The position numbers and the translations under genes were made by a program. 43,359 nucleotides of DNA from positions 1 through 43,359 of the forward strand of contig JBCBZX010000001.1 of NCBI GenBank assembly GCA_039815105.1, given 5' to 3'. Source of the stretch: Pseudomonadota bacterium (GTDB taxonomy: Bacteria > Pseudomonadota > Alphaproteobacteria > Rhizobiales > Rhizobiaceae). Positions 1-9,078 of the stretch are shown in pieces (the first letter of the stretch is position 1; the number at the start of each line of letters is the position of its first letter). The notes below the pieces were generated by a model, which worked only from the letters and a program-made list of their open reading frames with translations, was not told the DNA's origin and made no database searches.

Positions 1-1167
1 CGATTGGGCATCGTCCATAGCCGTCGAGAGCGATGTCACGGACGCCTGCATGTCGGACAATTGCGTTTGAAGCTCCCCAAGGTTGGAACTGTTTTGGCCA
101 ACGGAGCCGGAAAGGTCCTGCAGGGACCCGCTTGTCTGTTCGACCGTTTGTGACAGGTCCTCCAATTGGGACATTAGTGGCGACAGGTCCACGGCTTCGG
201 CTTGAGTCTCGGCCATTTGACCGGCTTGCGCCGCCAACTCACCAACTCGCTCGCCGAGGCCTTCCACATTGGCGCTCAACTGGTCCAGTCTTGCGGATTG
301 GGCGGCCAGTGCCGGCGCGTCACCAGAGCCCCCACCCTCCACTTGAGACTGCAATGCGCTTGCGGTTTGCGCAGCCGTTTGTGCCGTGGATTGCGCTTGC
401 GCCAGTTCGGCTTCCAGCGCGCTGAGTCTGTCCGTCACAGGAGCCAGATCAACCACGGCACCCTCGCCGGTGGGCAGGGCATCCAATTGAGCGCTCAGCG
501 CATTCACACGCTCCACCAATTCAGCGTCTGGATCCGCGTCACCCATATCGGCTTGGGTCGCCTCCAACTGCGCTATACGCTCAACCAGAGACGCATTTTC
601 AGTGCGCAAGGCATCAAGGTCGGTGCTGTCGCCTGGGCCGGAAACCAGACTCCAACCGCCCGCCAGAAGGGCAACCAGTGCGCCACCAGCCACACCCCCA
701 GCCAAACCGGACCCCAGACCACCACGGGAGGAACCTCCACTGGATTTGCCGGTCACCGCGTCGCCGGACGGCTTGGCGGCGTCCGCTTTGGTCGAGGTAG
801 ATTTGGTTGCGGACCCAGCGTTAGATTTGGCTGCAGGCCCAGGCGCTTGTTTGGCCTTTGCATCGGCACCGGCGCGTCCGAGCAATGCTCCGGATGCACC
901 TGTTTTAGCGCTTGCACCCGTACCCTTTGCAGGGTCAGCATTTGCTTTGGCCGGTGGGGCACTGCCCGCCGATTTGGCCGCCGCGCTTGCGGGCTTTCCA
1001 TCTGGCTTGCTCACAGGCTTGGCCTCGCCTTCAATCGTCACGGGCTTTCGATTGGGTACACTGCGGCTTGGCTTGGAACTGGGCTTAGAACTGGGTTTGG
1101 AACCCGCCTTAGAACCGGATTTTTCAGCAGGCTTGGAGCCGGGTTTATCGTCGTCTTGGTTCGCCAT
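1..1167 (-). CDS. Partial CDS (N-terminal 389 codons; C-terminus lies beyond the left edge). K/S/P/A-rich disordered N-terminus, one Gly/Ala-rich TM helix, then a long coiled-coil region. Coiled-coil envelope protein, possibly Mic60/mitofilin-like (unproven).
   Basis: Absent from the ORF track because it has no stop inside the window. Reading plus-strand triplets 1-3, 4-6 and so on, I find no tta/cta/tca up to 1173. ATG is the complement of cat at 1165-1167, and an in-frame stop lies upstream (tta 1174-1176). Translation: MANQDDDKPGSKPAEKSGSKAGSKPSSKPSSKPS...GLGSGLAGGVAGGALVALLAGGWSLV...LRTENASLVERIAQLEATQ...LSALEAELAQAQ... The plus-strand ORFs 202..1221 and 602..1177 are antisense shadows of it. 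Confidence 0.75.
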   Translation of the reverse strand, partial: MANQDDDKPGSKPAEKSGSKAGSKPSSKPSSKPSRSVPNRKPVTIEGEAKPVSKPDGKPASAAAKSAGSAPPAKANADPAKGTGASAKTGASGALLGRAGADAKAKQAPGPAAKSNAGSATKSTSTKADAAKPSGDAVTGKSSGGSSRGGLGSGLAGGVAGGALVALLAGGWSLVSGPGDSTDLDALRTENASLVERIAQLEATQADMGDADPDAELVERVNALSAQLDALPTGEGAVVDLAPVTDRLSALEAELAQAQSTAQTAAQTASALQSQVEGGGSGDAPALAAQSARLDQLSANVEGLGERVGELAAQAGQMAETQAEAVDLSPLMSQLEDLSQTVEQTSGSLQDLSGSVGQNSSNLGELQTQLSDMQASVTSLSTAMDDAQS

Positions 1168-1426
1168 GGGGACTTAGCGGGCCTTTCTCAGCGGCACATT
1201 CAATACATTTTCGCATTGTGACTTTCGCCCGTATAGCGATGCGCCGAACTTTCGGTAATGTCACCAGATTATGCACGGGGCTGAACGCCACGCAATCAGA
1301 CAACGTGCATGGAGCGCATTCGCTGCAGGCATCAGACGATTTTTTTGCATCAAGAAACGCCAATTGGCGTTAAGCCAGCTTCAATCCGATCCAACCGAAG
1401 CCAAACCAACCCCCTCCGGGTCGGCA

Positions 1427-1933
1427 TCAGTTCCATGCGTAGGCGCATTTCTCCAGCTTTGTATCGTCAAAGACTTCATGACCCACGGCAACAGGCCGCG
1501 CACCAAGGCCGAGATAAAAGGCGTCTGCACGCTCATTTTCCGACAAAGCCCATACGATGATCCGCTGTTTGCCCTGGGACGCCAGGGCCTTCCGGGCAGC
1601 CGCGAAAAGCCGACGGCCAAACCCCAGGCCCTGATATTCCGGCTTTAGGTAAATCTCATATATTTCAGCGTCATAATCGAGTGTCGCAACACGATTGCGA
1701 CCCATAGTGGCATAGCCCACCACATCATCACCGACTTCCAGCACTAAGATCTCGACGCCCCTGCGTAGGGCCGTGGCCCACCAGTTGACGCCGCGGCGCT
1801 GCACCATGCGGTGGAGTGCCCCGGCAGGAATAATGCCGGAATAGGCTTCCCGCCACGATGCATCATGCACCTGCGCGATGGCAGAGGCATCCTTGGTTCC
1901 GGCCCGGCGTATATCTATGCTCAGCGTTGACAT
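1427..1933 (-). CDS. GNAT family N-acetyltransferase (168 aa)
   Basis: ATG at 1933. The translation contains a GNAT acetyl-CoA-binding segment, IYLKPEYQGLGFGRRLFAAARKAL. Confidence 0.85.
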   Translation of the reverse strand: MSTLSIDIRRAGTKDASAIAQVHDASWREAYSGIIPAGALHRMVQRRGVNWWATALRRGVEILVLEVGDDVVGYATMGRNRVATLDYDAEIYEIYLKPEYQGLGFGRRLFAAARKALASQGKQRIIVWALSENERADAFYLGLGARPVAVGHEVFDDTKLEKCAYAWN

Positions 1934-1977
1934 GGCGCCAACTTAAGCGCGTGAGCGCGGTGGGCAAGGAAAAAGAA

Positions 1978-1992
1978 TTAATAAAGCGTTAA
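1978..1992. promoter_or_regulatory. TTAA-N7-TTAA motif (CtrA-box-like), 45 nt upstream of the GNAT start codon
   Basis: Sequence is TTAA TAAAGCG TTAA. It is the only perfect TTAA-N7-TTAA I found when scanning ttaa occurrences across the window. Confidence 0.3.
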
Positions 1993-2099
1993 TGCCCCCG
2001 CTATCCACCACCTGGCCACCGTCCGTCCGCAGCGCTCGCACCGTTGATCCACTATTGATCAAGCCTCAGCGTCGGCACAAATAGGGCATTCCCGGCGGT

Positions 2100-2777
2100 T
2101 CACACAGACGCTTCCTCGCCCTCATCCTCATCATCCTGGTCATCCAGAGAGTGCCGTTGAATGAGGGGAATTTGGGTTGCGGTGAACAAAATGGTCAATG
2201 GCATCACGCCCCAAACCTTGAAAGCCACCCAAAATTCGGTCGAAAAGCCTCGCCACACGACTTCATTGATGCCGGCCAGCACGAAGAAGAACAGGCCCCA
2301 GCGCAGAGCTAATTTGTTCCAACCTTCATCATCCAGATTAAAGGCCGTATCCAAAACAAGTCGCAGAAAGTTTCGGCGAAAAAACAAACCGATCAATATG
2401 GCCGCGCCAAACAGGCAATTGGTGATGGTGGGCTTGAGCTTGATGAAGGTGTCATTTTGCAACCAAATGGTCAGCCCGCCCATGAAAACAACGAACACAA
2501 AGGTGACAACGGGCAATACCGGCAGGGTGCGCGTCAGGGCATAGGACACGGCCAAAGATATGCCCAGCGCCACCATGAACAGCGCCGTTGCGACAAAAAT
2601 CGGGTCCCCTAACCCCTCCAGAAACGGGAACGCCGCCTGCAATTGCAAAGCCCGCGAATTGGCAAAAAAGAAAATGATCAGCGGCCCCATCTCCAGAACG
2701 AGCTTCAAAAGCGGCGAAACCTCGCGCTTTTCTTTTCCGGTTTGAGTCGCGACTTGGGTGTTTTCCATTGACCTCAT
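2100..2777 (-). CDS. yciB: Intracellular septation protein A (YciB/IspZ family inner-membrane protein)
   Basis: [18 protein letters not shown]...[21 protein letters not shown]...[27 protein letters not shown]...[14 protein letters not shown] matches the YciB family pattern. The track ORF (to 2948) has an implausible N-terminal extension. Internal ATGs at 2777 (MRSMENT) and 2768 are both possible starts. Confidence 0.85.
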   Translation of the reverse strand: MRSMENTQVATQTGKEKREVSPLLKLVLEMGPLIIFFFANSRALQLQAAFPFLEGLGDPIFVATALFMVALGISLAVSYALTRTLPVLPVVTFVFVVFMGGLTIWLQNDTFIKLKPTITNCLFGAAILIGLFFRRNFLRLVLDTAFNLDDEGWNKLALRWGLFFFVLAGINEVVWRGFSTEFWVAFKVWGVMPLTILFTATQIPLIQRHSLDDQDDEDEGEEASV

Positions 2778-2933
2778 ATGCCCGCCTGCCGTCCACGTTT
2801 CAATTGCACTCTTCAGTTGCACATTGCATCGCCGGCAAAAACCCGTCCAATTTGCCGCGCAAACAGACCTTGCAAACGGCGCGAGCACGAAGCACATTTT
2901 ATTCATCTGAAACAAACGGAAGGAGGTGATCCA

Positions 2934-3002
2934 ATGTCGAGTGATCAAATGCGTGTAGGTGGATACGGACTGGGTTTCACCAAGCGGAGCAGCCTCCGCT
3001 AG
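2934..3002 (+). CDS. Candidate 22-aa mini-ORF ([22 protein letters not shown]) behind an exceptionally long Shine-Dalgarno match
   Basis: AAGGAGGTGATCCAA (2920-2934) is a 15-nt perfect complement of the canonical 16S rRNA 3' end. GGAGG sits 7 nt before the ATG at 2934. TAG stop at 3000-3002. A hairpin with a T-run follows about 70 nt downstream. Confidence 0.3.
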   Translation: MSSDQMRVGGYGLGFTKRSSLR

Positions 3003-3070
3003 GATGAAGGACGGTCAGGCACACAGCTTGTAGCTTAAAGTGCCACGTGTCCGTCGCCACCATCATCACG

Positions 3071-3100
3071 AAGGGCCGTTCCTAGGGAATGGCCCTTTTT
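3071..3100. terminator. Hairpin with T-run (intrinsic-terminator-like)
   Basis: AAGGGCCGTTCC / GGAATGGCCCTT forms an 11-12 bp stem with one G-U pair, followed by TTT on the plus strand. It lies 20 nt downstream of the minus-strand nuclease stop (3117) and about 70 nt downstream of the plus-strand mini-ORF. It could serve either or both. Confidence 0.5.
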
Positions 3101-3116
3101 GTATGCCAGCTTTGAT

Positions 3117-3752
3117 CTAGCGAACGCCGCCAGACACCTCGCCCAAAAGCGAACACCAATCCTGCCTCTTGCCTCCGCCATAGGGGCGGCCCAGCCCCTC
3201 CTCCAGCAGCACAGTTGCCAGTGAACGCCCATCATTCAGCGTGACGGAAGCGATGACCCGACCGTAATATTTACCCTTTGAAACCTCATCGAGTGTCACC
3301 GTTTTGCCAATTGTGAGCAAACGTACATAGTCCCGAGCCTTGCGGGCCAACTCAACTTCCCCCGCACAGTCGGCGTTAAGCTCCGGCGTATCGACGCCGC
3401 GCAACCGTATGGTGGCCTCCATGGTTTGGGAGGGCCAAACCTCCACATGGGCTCGCATCGTATCGCCATCATGGGCCGACACGATGTGCGCGGTGTAGTG
3501 ACCCACAACCGAGCCGCGCGAACGCCTGGGTGGGGCCCTGGGTGAGTCATTGGGCGGATCGATGGCGTGCGACGATCGAATAGCAGGAGAAAAATTTTGC
3601 CCGATACGATCCGGGGCGATGTCATCCGGCGCGGCCGCACTTACCAAGGTGTTGAGCCCGTTGGCGGCGTTGAGCGAGGCACCAAAGGTTACCCCTGCAC
3701 CAACCGCAAAGCCCAAAGCCACCACCATGTGCAGTCCATGCGACCCAAACAT
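3117..3752 (-). CDS. Thermonuclease (staphylococcal nuclease, SNase-like) family protein with an N-terminal membrane/signal segment
   Basis: HDGDTMRAHV...IRLRGVDTPEL...ARKARDYV...KGKYYGRVIASVTLNDGRSLATVLLEEGLGRPYGGG matches the SNase pattern. Hydrophobic N-terminus: HMVVALGFAVGAGVTFGA. Confidence 0.85.
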   Translation of the reverse strand: MFGSHGLHMVVALGFAVGAGVTFGASLNAANGLNTLVSAAAPDDIAPDRIGQNFSPAIRSSHAIDPPNDSPRAPPRRSRGSVVGHYTAHIVSAHDGDTMRAHVEVWPSQTMEATIRLRGVDTPELNADCAGEVELARKARDYVRLLTIGKTVTLDEVSKGKYYGRVIASVTLNDGRSLATVLLEEGLGRPYGGGKRQDWCSLLGEVSGGVR

Positions 3753-3799
3753 GGTCGATATTTTAGTAGGACTAATTTCCTATGTCTAGGAAAATCATC

Positions 3800-4081
3800 C
3801 TAAAAATCGACTGCGATGCCCTTCACTTCCCAGTCGGCATAGCGGGCCGGGTCTTTGCCGCCGCGCCCATTGATCTCCCGGGGCAGATTTGCGCCGCCAA
3901 TGGATTCAATTGCCCCGGCCTCGCGCCGCGCCTGCGCCTCCGCCAGGGCCCGTTGAGCAGCCGGCGGCAAGTCTCGGCACACCTTTGCGGCAGGCACCTC
4001 ATCACCGGAGTGAGAGTCTTTACTGGCCAGAGTGTGATCCGAAAGAGTGTGGTCCGAAGACGGCTCGTTGTCAGTGGTCAT
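3800..4081 (-). CDS. DUF1674 (SDHAF4-like) small protein
   Basis: The C-terminus GGKDPARYADWEVKGIAVDF matches the DUF1674 signature (P.RYGDWE.KG...DF). Start chosen at the internal ATG at 4081 (MTTDNEP). Confidence 0.8.
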   Translation of the reverse strand: MTTDNEPSSDHTLSDHTLASKDSHSGDEVPAAKVCRDLPPAAQRALAEAQARREAGAIESIGGANLPREINGRGGKDPARYADWEVKGIAVDF

Positions 4082-4251
4082 AGCTCTTCCATATTGCAAT
4101 TTGAAACCGCCGGAGTTGATTGAGGCTGCCGCCGGGGCCATCTGTTACCCCATGCAACATAAGCCGCGCCGCTGCGTTGCCAAGCGGTAAACTGCGTCGC
4201 ACGGTGTGGCCCGCTTCACCAACCCGGTCGCGCCACATATTGGAGGTCGCC

Positions 4252-5418
4252 TTGAATATTCTGAAAACGGGAATGCTGCTCGCTTTTCTCACAGCCCTGT
4301 TCATGGGTGTTGGATATCTTATTGGCGGTGCCGGCGGCATGATGATCGCTTTCATTATAGCCTTGGCGATGAATGCGTTCAGCTATTGGAACTCCGATAA
4401 GATGGTGCTCAAAATGCACCGCGCCGTGGAAGTGAACGCACACAACGCACCTGAATATTTCGCCATTGTCGAAACATTGGTGGAGCGGGCGCAAATGCCC
4501 ATGCCCAAAGTGTATTTGGTGGACAACCCCCAACCCAACGCGTTTGCGACGGGGCGAAACCCGCAAAACGCCGCCGTAGCGGCCACAACCGGGTTGCTGG
4601 ACAAGCTCAATCAGGAAGAAGTTGCGGCGGTGATGGCCCACGAATTGGCGCACATTCAGAACCGTGACACGCTGACCATGACCATCACCGCCACCATTGC
4701 CGGCGCGATTTCCATGCTGGCCAACTTTGCCATGTTTTTTGGCGGCAGCCGCAACAATAATGGTGTCGGCATCATTGGTGTGCTGGTCGCCGCGATAGCT
4801 GCACCCTTCGCTGCCACCATCGTACAGATGGCCATCAGCCGGACGCGCGAATATTCCGCTGATAAATTGGGGGCTCAGATTTGCGGGCACCCCTTATGGC
4901 TTGCCTCGGCGCTAGCCAAAATCGCAAATCTGGCGCCGAAAATCGACAACAATGATGCAGAACGAAACCCAGCGACTGCCCACATGTTCATCATCAACCC
5001 ATTGCACGCCCACGCCGTGGACGGTTTGTTTTCAACACACCCGAACCCGAAAAATCGCATTGCCGCGCTGGAGGCGCTGGAAGAGGATTGGTCGCGGCAT
5101 GGAGCGCCTGACCCGGCAGTTGGAGACGGCTATTCAGGATCGTCAATCGAGCGACCCGTACAACAGCGGCAAGAGCGCAGCGCGCCCCCGACACTACCAT
5201 CAGGGCCCGACCACCGGCCTGCGAGTGCCAATGCCCCCAACACCAAGGCACCAAGAACCAGGGCCCCACAAGATGATCGCGCCTCCAAAAGGCCCCCTTC
5301 CGGTCGCACCGGACGCTGGGGCAGAGATGCTGGAACGCGGTCCATTGTGCCGGATGCGGGGCGGTCGCGAAACAAAGACGACACACCGGACGCCCCTGAC
5401 AGCGGGCCATGGGGCTGA
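4252..5418 (+). CDS. htpX: Zinc metalloprotease HtpX (M48 family) with a long Pro/Arg-rich C-terminal tail
   Basis: HELAH zinc motif ([15 protein letters not shown]) and [16 protein letters not shown] start at 4252 gives the typical (M)[26 protein letters not shown]-terminus, preceded by GGAGG (4242-4246) with a 5-nt spacer. Ends ...SGPWG. Confidence 0.9.
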   Translation: MNILKTGMLLAFLTALFMGVGYLIGGAGGMMIAFIIALAMNAFSYWNSDKMVLKMHRAVEVNAHNAPEYFAIVETLVERAQMPMPKVYLVDNPQPNAFATGRNPQNAAVAATTGLLDKLNQEEVAAVMAHELAHIQNRDTLTMTITATIAGAISMLANFAMFFGGSRNNNGVGIIGVLVAAIAAPFAATIVQMAISRTREYSADKLGAQICGHPLWLASALAKIANLAPKIDNNDAERNPATAHMFIINPLHAHAVDGLFSTHPNPKNRIAALEALEEDWSRHGAPDPAVGDGYSGSSIERPVQQRQERSAPPTLPSGPDHRPASANAPNTKAPRTRAPQDDRASKRPPSGRTGRWGRDAGTRSIVPDAGRSRNKDDTPDAPDSGPWG

Positions 5419-6842
5419 GCGGGTTGAGTCAAACTACCAAACCACGCCGCCGTTCCAACCACCGTTCGAACCAAAAGACCCCACCGCCCCTTGAAGGGGT
5501 CGTGCCGCGTGAGGTGGCGATCCTACTGCTCACACGCACGCTGGACGATGGCCGAGGCTTTGCTGGTCTGACGGACGCGTCAGGCGGCCTACAGGCGTTT
5601 TTGGATTTGCCAGAGCAAGACCGAAACCTGGCACGAGCCATTGCGCGCACCGCGCTGGCACGGCGCGGCCAAATTGAGCAGGCCCTCAAGCGCGTGGCGG
5701 ACCGGCCGCCTCCAAAGGGTGCCCGTCACCTAATCCACACCCTGCACGTGGCCGCCGCGCAAATCCTGTTCATGGATGTTCCTGACAGCGCTGCCGTCAA
5801 CACTGCGGTGAACATTGTAGCACGCGAGCCACGCTCTACCCGCTTTGCCGGTTTCGCAAACGCCATCCTTCGCCGCCTGTCACGGGAGAAAGCCGAGATC
5901 GAGCCGAAGCTGCGATCGGACAAGCTCAACACGCCAAAGTGGATGTATGGGCGCTGGGCGGAAATCTACGGCCACAACAATGCGCGGGCCATTGCCACGC
6001 ACCATGGGGCTATCCACGCGGGCGGCGCGCCCCTCGATCTGTCAATCCAGGGAGACGCCGCAGCTTACTTCGCCAGACACAGTGAGGTGCTGATCGGTGC
6101 ATCGCTACTGGCCAACGGCACCGTGCGCCTGCCCCAGGCGTTGGATGTGCGCACACTGCCGGACTGGGACAGTGGTAGCGTCTGGGTACAAGATGCGGCG
6201 GCGCGGCTGCCCGCGCAGCTGGTGAACGCGCAGCGCGGCGAGCAAGTCGCGGATTTGTGCGCCGCGCCAGGTGGCAAGACGGCACAATTGGCACTGACCG
6301 GTGCCCAAGTGACCGCAGTCGAACAATCAGCCCCCCGTGTGCAGCGCCTGAAGGAAAATCTGATCCGCTTGCAGCTACAAGATAAGGTCGCAATCCACCA
6401 AGGCGATCTGTTCGAGATGACGCCTGATTCGCGGTTCGACGCGATTTTGCTGGACGCGCCCTGCTCATCCACCGGGACCATACGTCGGCACCCGGACATT
6501 TTGTGGACCAAGACACCTCAACTCATTTCGGAGTTGGCCGAATTGCAATTCCGCATGGTGGCCCACGCGGTGAAATTGCTTGCGCCCGGTGGCCGGCTGA
6601 TCTTTTCGAACTGCTCTCTGGACCCGTTGGAAGGAGAGATGCTCCACGAGCGTATCGTCAAAGAGCTTGGGGATATGTTGAGCCACGACCCGGTGAAACC
6701 CGCAGAGATTGCCGGATTCGAAAACGCGGTGACCGAAAAGGGCACCGTGCGCAGCTTGCCCCACCTGACGCCCAGAAGCCTGGTCGGCGAAAGCACGGGC
6801 GGCGCCGACGGCTTTTTTGCCGCAAGGTATCTGGCGCGCTAG
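5409..6842 (+). CDS. rsmB: RsmB/NOP2/Sun-family 16S rRNA (cytosine-C5) methyltransferase
   Basis: [14 protein letters not shown] (SAM site), [20 protein letters not shown] and FSNCSL motifs. The ATG at 5409 overlaps the htpX stop by 10 nt; the exact start is uncertain. Confidence 0.85.
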   Translation: MGLSGLSQTTKPRRRSNHRSNQKTPPPLEGVVPREVAILLLTRTLDDGRGFAGLTDASGGLQAFLDLPEQDRNLARAIARTALARRGQIEQALKRVADRPPPKGARHLIHTLHVAAAQILFMDVPDSAAVNTAVNIVAREPRSTRFAGFANAILRRLSREKAEIEPKLRSDKLNTPKWMYGRWAEIYGHNNARAIATHHGAIHAGGAPLDLSIQGDAAAYFARHSEVLIGASLLANGTVRLPQALDVRTLPDWDSGSVWVQDAAARLPAQLVNAQRGEQVADLCAAPGGKTAQLALTGAQVTAVEQSAPRVQRLKENLIRLQLQDKVAIHQGDLFEMTPDSRFDAILLDAPCSSTGTIRRHPDILWTKTPQLISELAELQFRMVAHAVKLLAPGGRLIFSNCSLDPLEGEMLHERIVKELGDMLSHDPVKPAEIAGFENAVTEKGTVRSLPHLTPRSLVGESTGGADGFFAARYLAR

Positions 6843-7025
6843 CAAATGTGCCAATCCAACCATCTCGCTGGGCACAACACTCGACCAGATGGCAGCCGAC
6901 CAGACTGTACATGGCAAGACGGTGCGCGGTCAGACTTTCCGGGGCGGAATATGGCTCTATATATTGCCGCCAACAGATGTGTTATGTGATTGGAATAGCG
7001 CGGAAATGCGCGTTCTGGAGCCACC

Positions 7026-8942
7026 ATGGCAACGAACCCAACGCCTCCGGGAGATTTGGCAAGGCTCCCCGGTGACGAAACAGCTCCCTGGCACCCGTCT
7101 ATCGCGAGACGCAACGCCGGCTCCACCGAGCGCCGCATTGTAAAATGTGTCTTGGAAACTGCGCAACGGGCACGCCGTGGGGCGATAGCGCAGTTCAAGG
7201 CAGCCCGCTCAAACCTTGCGCCGATACAAATTCCAGAAATAGGCGAGCGTCCGGGGCCGGCCCTTTTGCCCGACGCAGGTCTTTCCGAGCAATTTTACGC
7301 GGGCCGCTTCAACCTGGGTGGCATAATGGTCGATACGGTGGGCTTCTCGCCGTTTGAACTGTCTGGCGCACCTACACATTGGCAACAGCGATTGAACAGT
7401 TTTGCATGGCTGCGGCATTTGCAGGCCGCGGACAGCACTTTGGCGCAGAAACTCGCCCGGTCCTTGCTGGAAGAATGGTTGCAAGTGCAGGGCCCGGTCC
7501 GAGCAGCGGAAATGGAAAACGCCGTGTGGAATCTGGCTGTAACGGCGGAACGCCTGATCTCCTGGATCACTCATTCCTCCTTGCTGACCGCCAGTGGTGA
7601 CGCCACCCTTATCCGCCAATTCCATGAAGCGATTGCACGGCACGTGCGCCACCTTCGCAACCGATACGATGTACAGGCCCTCACAAGTGAACATCTCATG
7701 GCGGCTCTGGCCCTGGCTTTCGCCGCCCACACGCTTCGCAGTTCGGCACGATCCAAAGCATCTGCCAGGCGGCAATTGTCCCATATTCTGGCGCGTCAGT
7801 GCGGCGATGCGATGGCCGCGCGCGATGCGCTATCGCCAGCTTTCGCTGACCCACACCCCTTGGTCCACGTCTGCCGTCGACCATCGGTTGCGATGGAACT
7901 GATACCGATCTTGGTCAGCACCACTTCCGCCATCCGCATCCATACCAAGAATGTCCACTCTGACGCGGCAACCACCCAATTGGTGAAGGACCTCGACTGC
8001 GTAAGCGGAGCCATGGCGCGCTGGATCTCCATCGCCCAACATTCCGATGGCGGCTTGGCCGTCTTCAACGGCGCGAAAGAAGAATCGCTTGAGAGAGTGA
8101 CCGGCGTTCTTGCTGTGGGCGTGAGCGATGGGCGCCCCTTAAGACCCGTGGAAACCTGCGGCGGCTACACACGACTTGCCGCTTCGGGAACCACTGTCAT
8201 TTGCGACGTGGGCCCCACCCCTCCCGTCGGCGTATCGGCTGAAGCACAGGCCGGAACCCTTGGCTTTGAGCTGTCATCAGGCGGGGAGCGTGTGATCGTC
8301 AATTGCGGCACGCCGGAAGAAGCCTATGTGCGCAGCCAAAACAAATGGCGAATGGCGGCGCGGCAAACGGCAGCCCATTCGGCGTTGGCCATTGCAGGCC
8401 ATTCATCCTCAAGCGCAGCGCAGTCCAATCTCATGCAGGCCCTCACGGGCAACGAGATCGTGGATGCATTGGCGAGGCCAAACCAGCGAACCGGCCAGCA
8501 TGGTGACGGCCGGGTTTGGCTCAATGCTGAGCATGATGGGTACAAGCGCAAACTGGGTCTGTTGCACCGCAGAGCCATCGCGCTGAGCCCCGACGGCCGT
8601 TTGGTGGAGTTTGAGGACACGCTTTCACGGGTCGGCGGTGTCGCCCGCTCTTTGCGCCCAAACCTGCCCGAAGACGGGAGCCTGCCCATTGACGTCCGAT
8701 TTCACCTTGCGCCGGGCTGTCGCGCAAAACTGAAGGCTGACAGAACGGTTGCGATACAGTCGGTCGGTGGGCGCATTTGGACGCTTGATTTGAAGACCGA
8801 TGCGCAATTCGCATTAGCAATCGCACCAAGTCTCCAGATCAATCACCCCGGCGGACCGAAGGCTATTCAACAAATTGTGGCGTCGGGGGCCATTGAGCGG
8901 GAGGCCAAAGGTCTAACTCTGGAATGGCAATTGTCTCTATAG
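7026..8942 (+). CDS. Heparinase II/III-like family protein
   Basis: FYAGRFNLGG...WQQRLNSFAWLRHL...LLEEWL and QAGTLGFELSSGGERVIVNCGTP resemble the conserved alphaproteobacterial heparinase II/III-like protein found between rsmB and purH. The start may lie downstream of 7026. Confidence 0.7.
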   Translation: MATNPTPPGDLARLPGDETAPWHPSIARRNAGSTERRIVKCVLETAQRARRGAIAQFKAARSNLAPIQIPEIGERPGPALLPDAGLSEQFYAGRFNLGGIMVDTVGFSPFELSGAPTHWQQRLNSFAWLRHLQAADSTLAQKLARSLLEEWLQVQGPVRAAEMENAVWNLAVTAERLISWITHSSLLTASGDATLIRQFHEAIARHVRHLRNRYDVQALTSEHLMAALALAFAAHTLRSSARSKASARRQLSHILARQCGDAMAARDALSPAFADPHPLVHVCRRPSVAMELIPILVSTTSAIRIHTKNVHSDAATTQLVKDLDCVSGAMARWISIAQHSDGGLAVFNGAKEESLERVTGVLAVGVSDGRPLRPVETCGGYTRLAASGTTVICDVGPTPPVGVSAEAQAGTLGFELSSGGERVIVNCGTPEEAYVRSQNKWRMAARQTAAHSALAIAGHSSSSAAQSNLMQALTGNEIVDALARPNQRTGQHGDGRVWLNAEHDGYKRKLGLLHRRAIALSPDGRLVEFEDTLSRVGGVARSLRPNLPEDGSLPIDVRFHLAPGCRAKLKADRTVAIQSVGGRIWTLDLKTDAQFALAIAPSLQINHPGGPKAIQQIVASGAIEREAKGLTLEWQLSL

Positions 8943-9078
8943 GCCATGCAGCAAATGCGGGATAAGCAGGGCCAGACGGTGCCTTGCCCTTGCCTGACGG
9001 TGTCAGCTTGGTACGGCCTCTCTACCAGTCGATTGAAATACCATTGTGCTGTACGAGAATTTTATATGGAACCCCGCC

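Noticed and set aside
202-1221. Long plus-strand ORFs (202..1221 and 602..1177) at the left edge
   Set aside because: Their translations are Arg/Gly/Pro/Leu-rich low-complexity nonsense. The opposite strand carries an uninterrupted 389-codon frame with a proper ATG, TM helix and coiled coil. These are typical GC-rich antisense shadows.
4082-4251. Sigma-32 heat-shock promoter upstream of htpX
   Set aside because: A CCCCAT element is present (4148-4153). The nearest TTGA-type -35 candidates (4109-4125) are at least 22 nt away, outside the usual spacing as I recall it. A proper PWM scan would be needed to settle this.
8943-9078. Possible ZTP (pfl) riboswitch upstream of purH
   Set aside because: I looked for the conserved pfl elements (a GGGTCGTGACTGGCG-like 5' part and a CCGCCTGGGCA-like 3' pseudoknot strand) and found neither in this 136-nt spacer.
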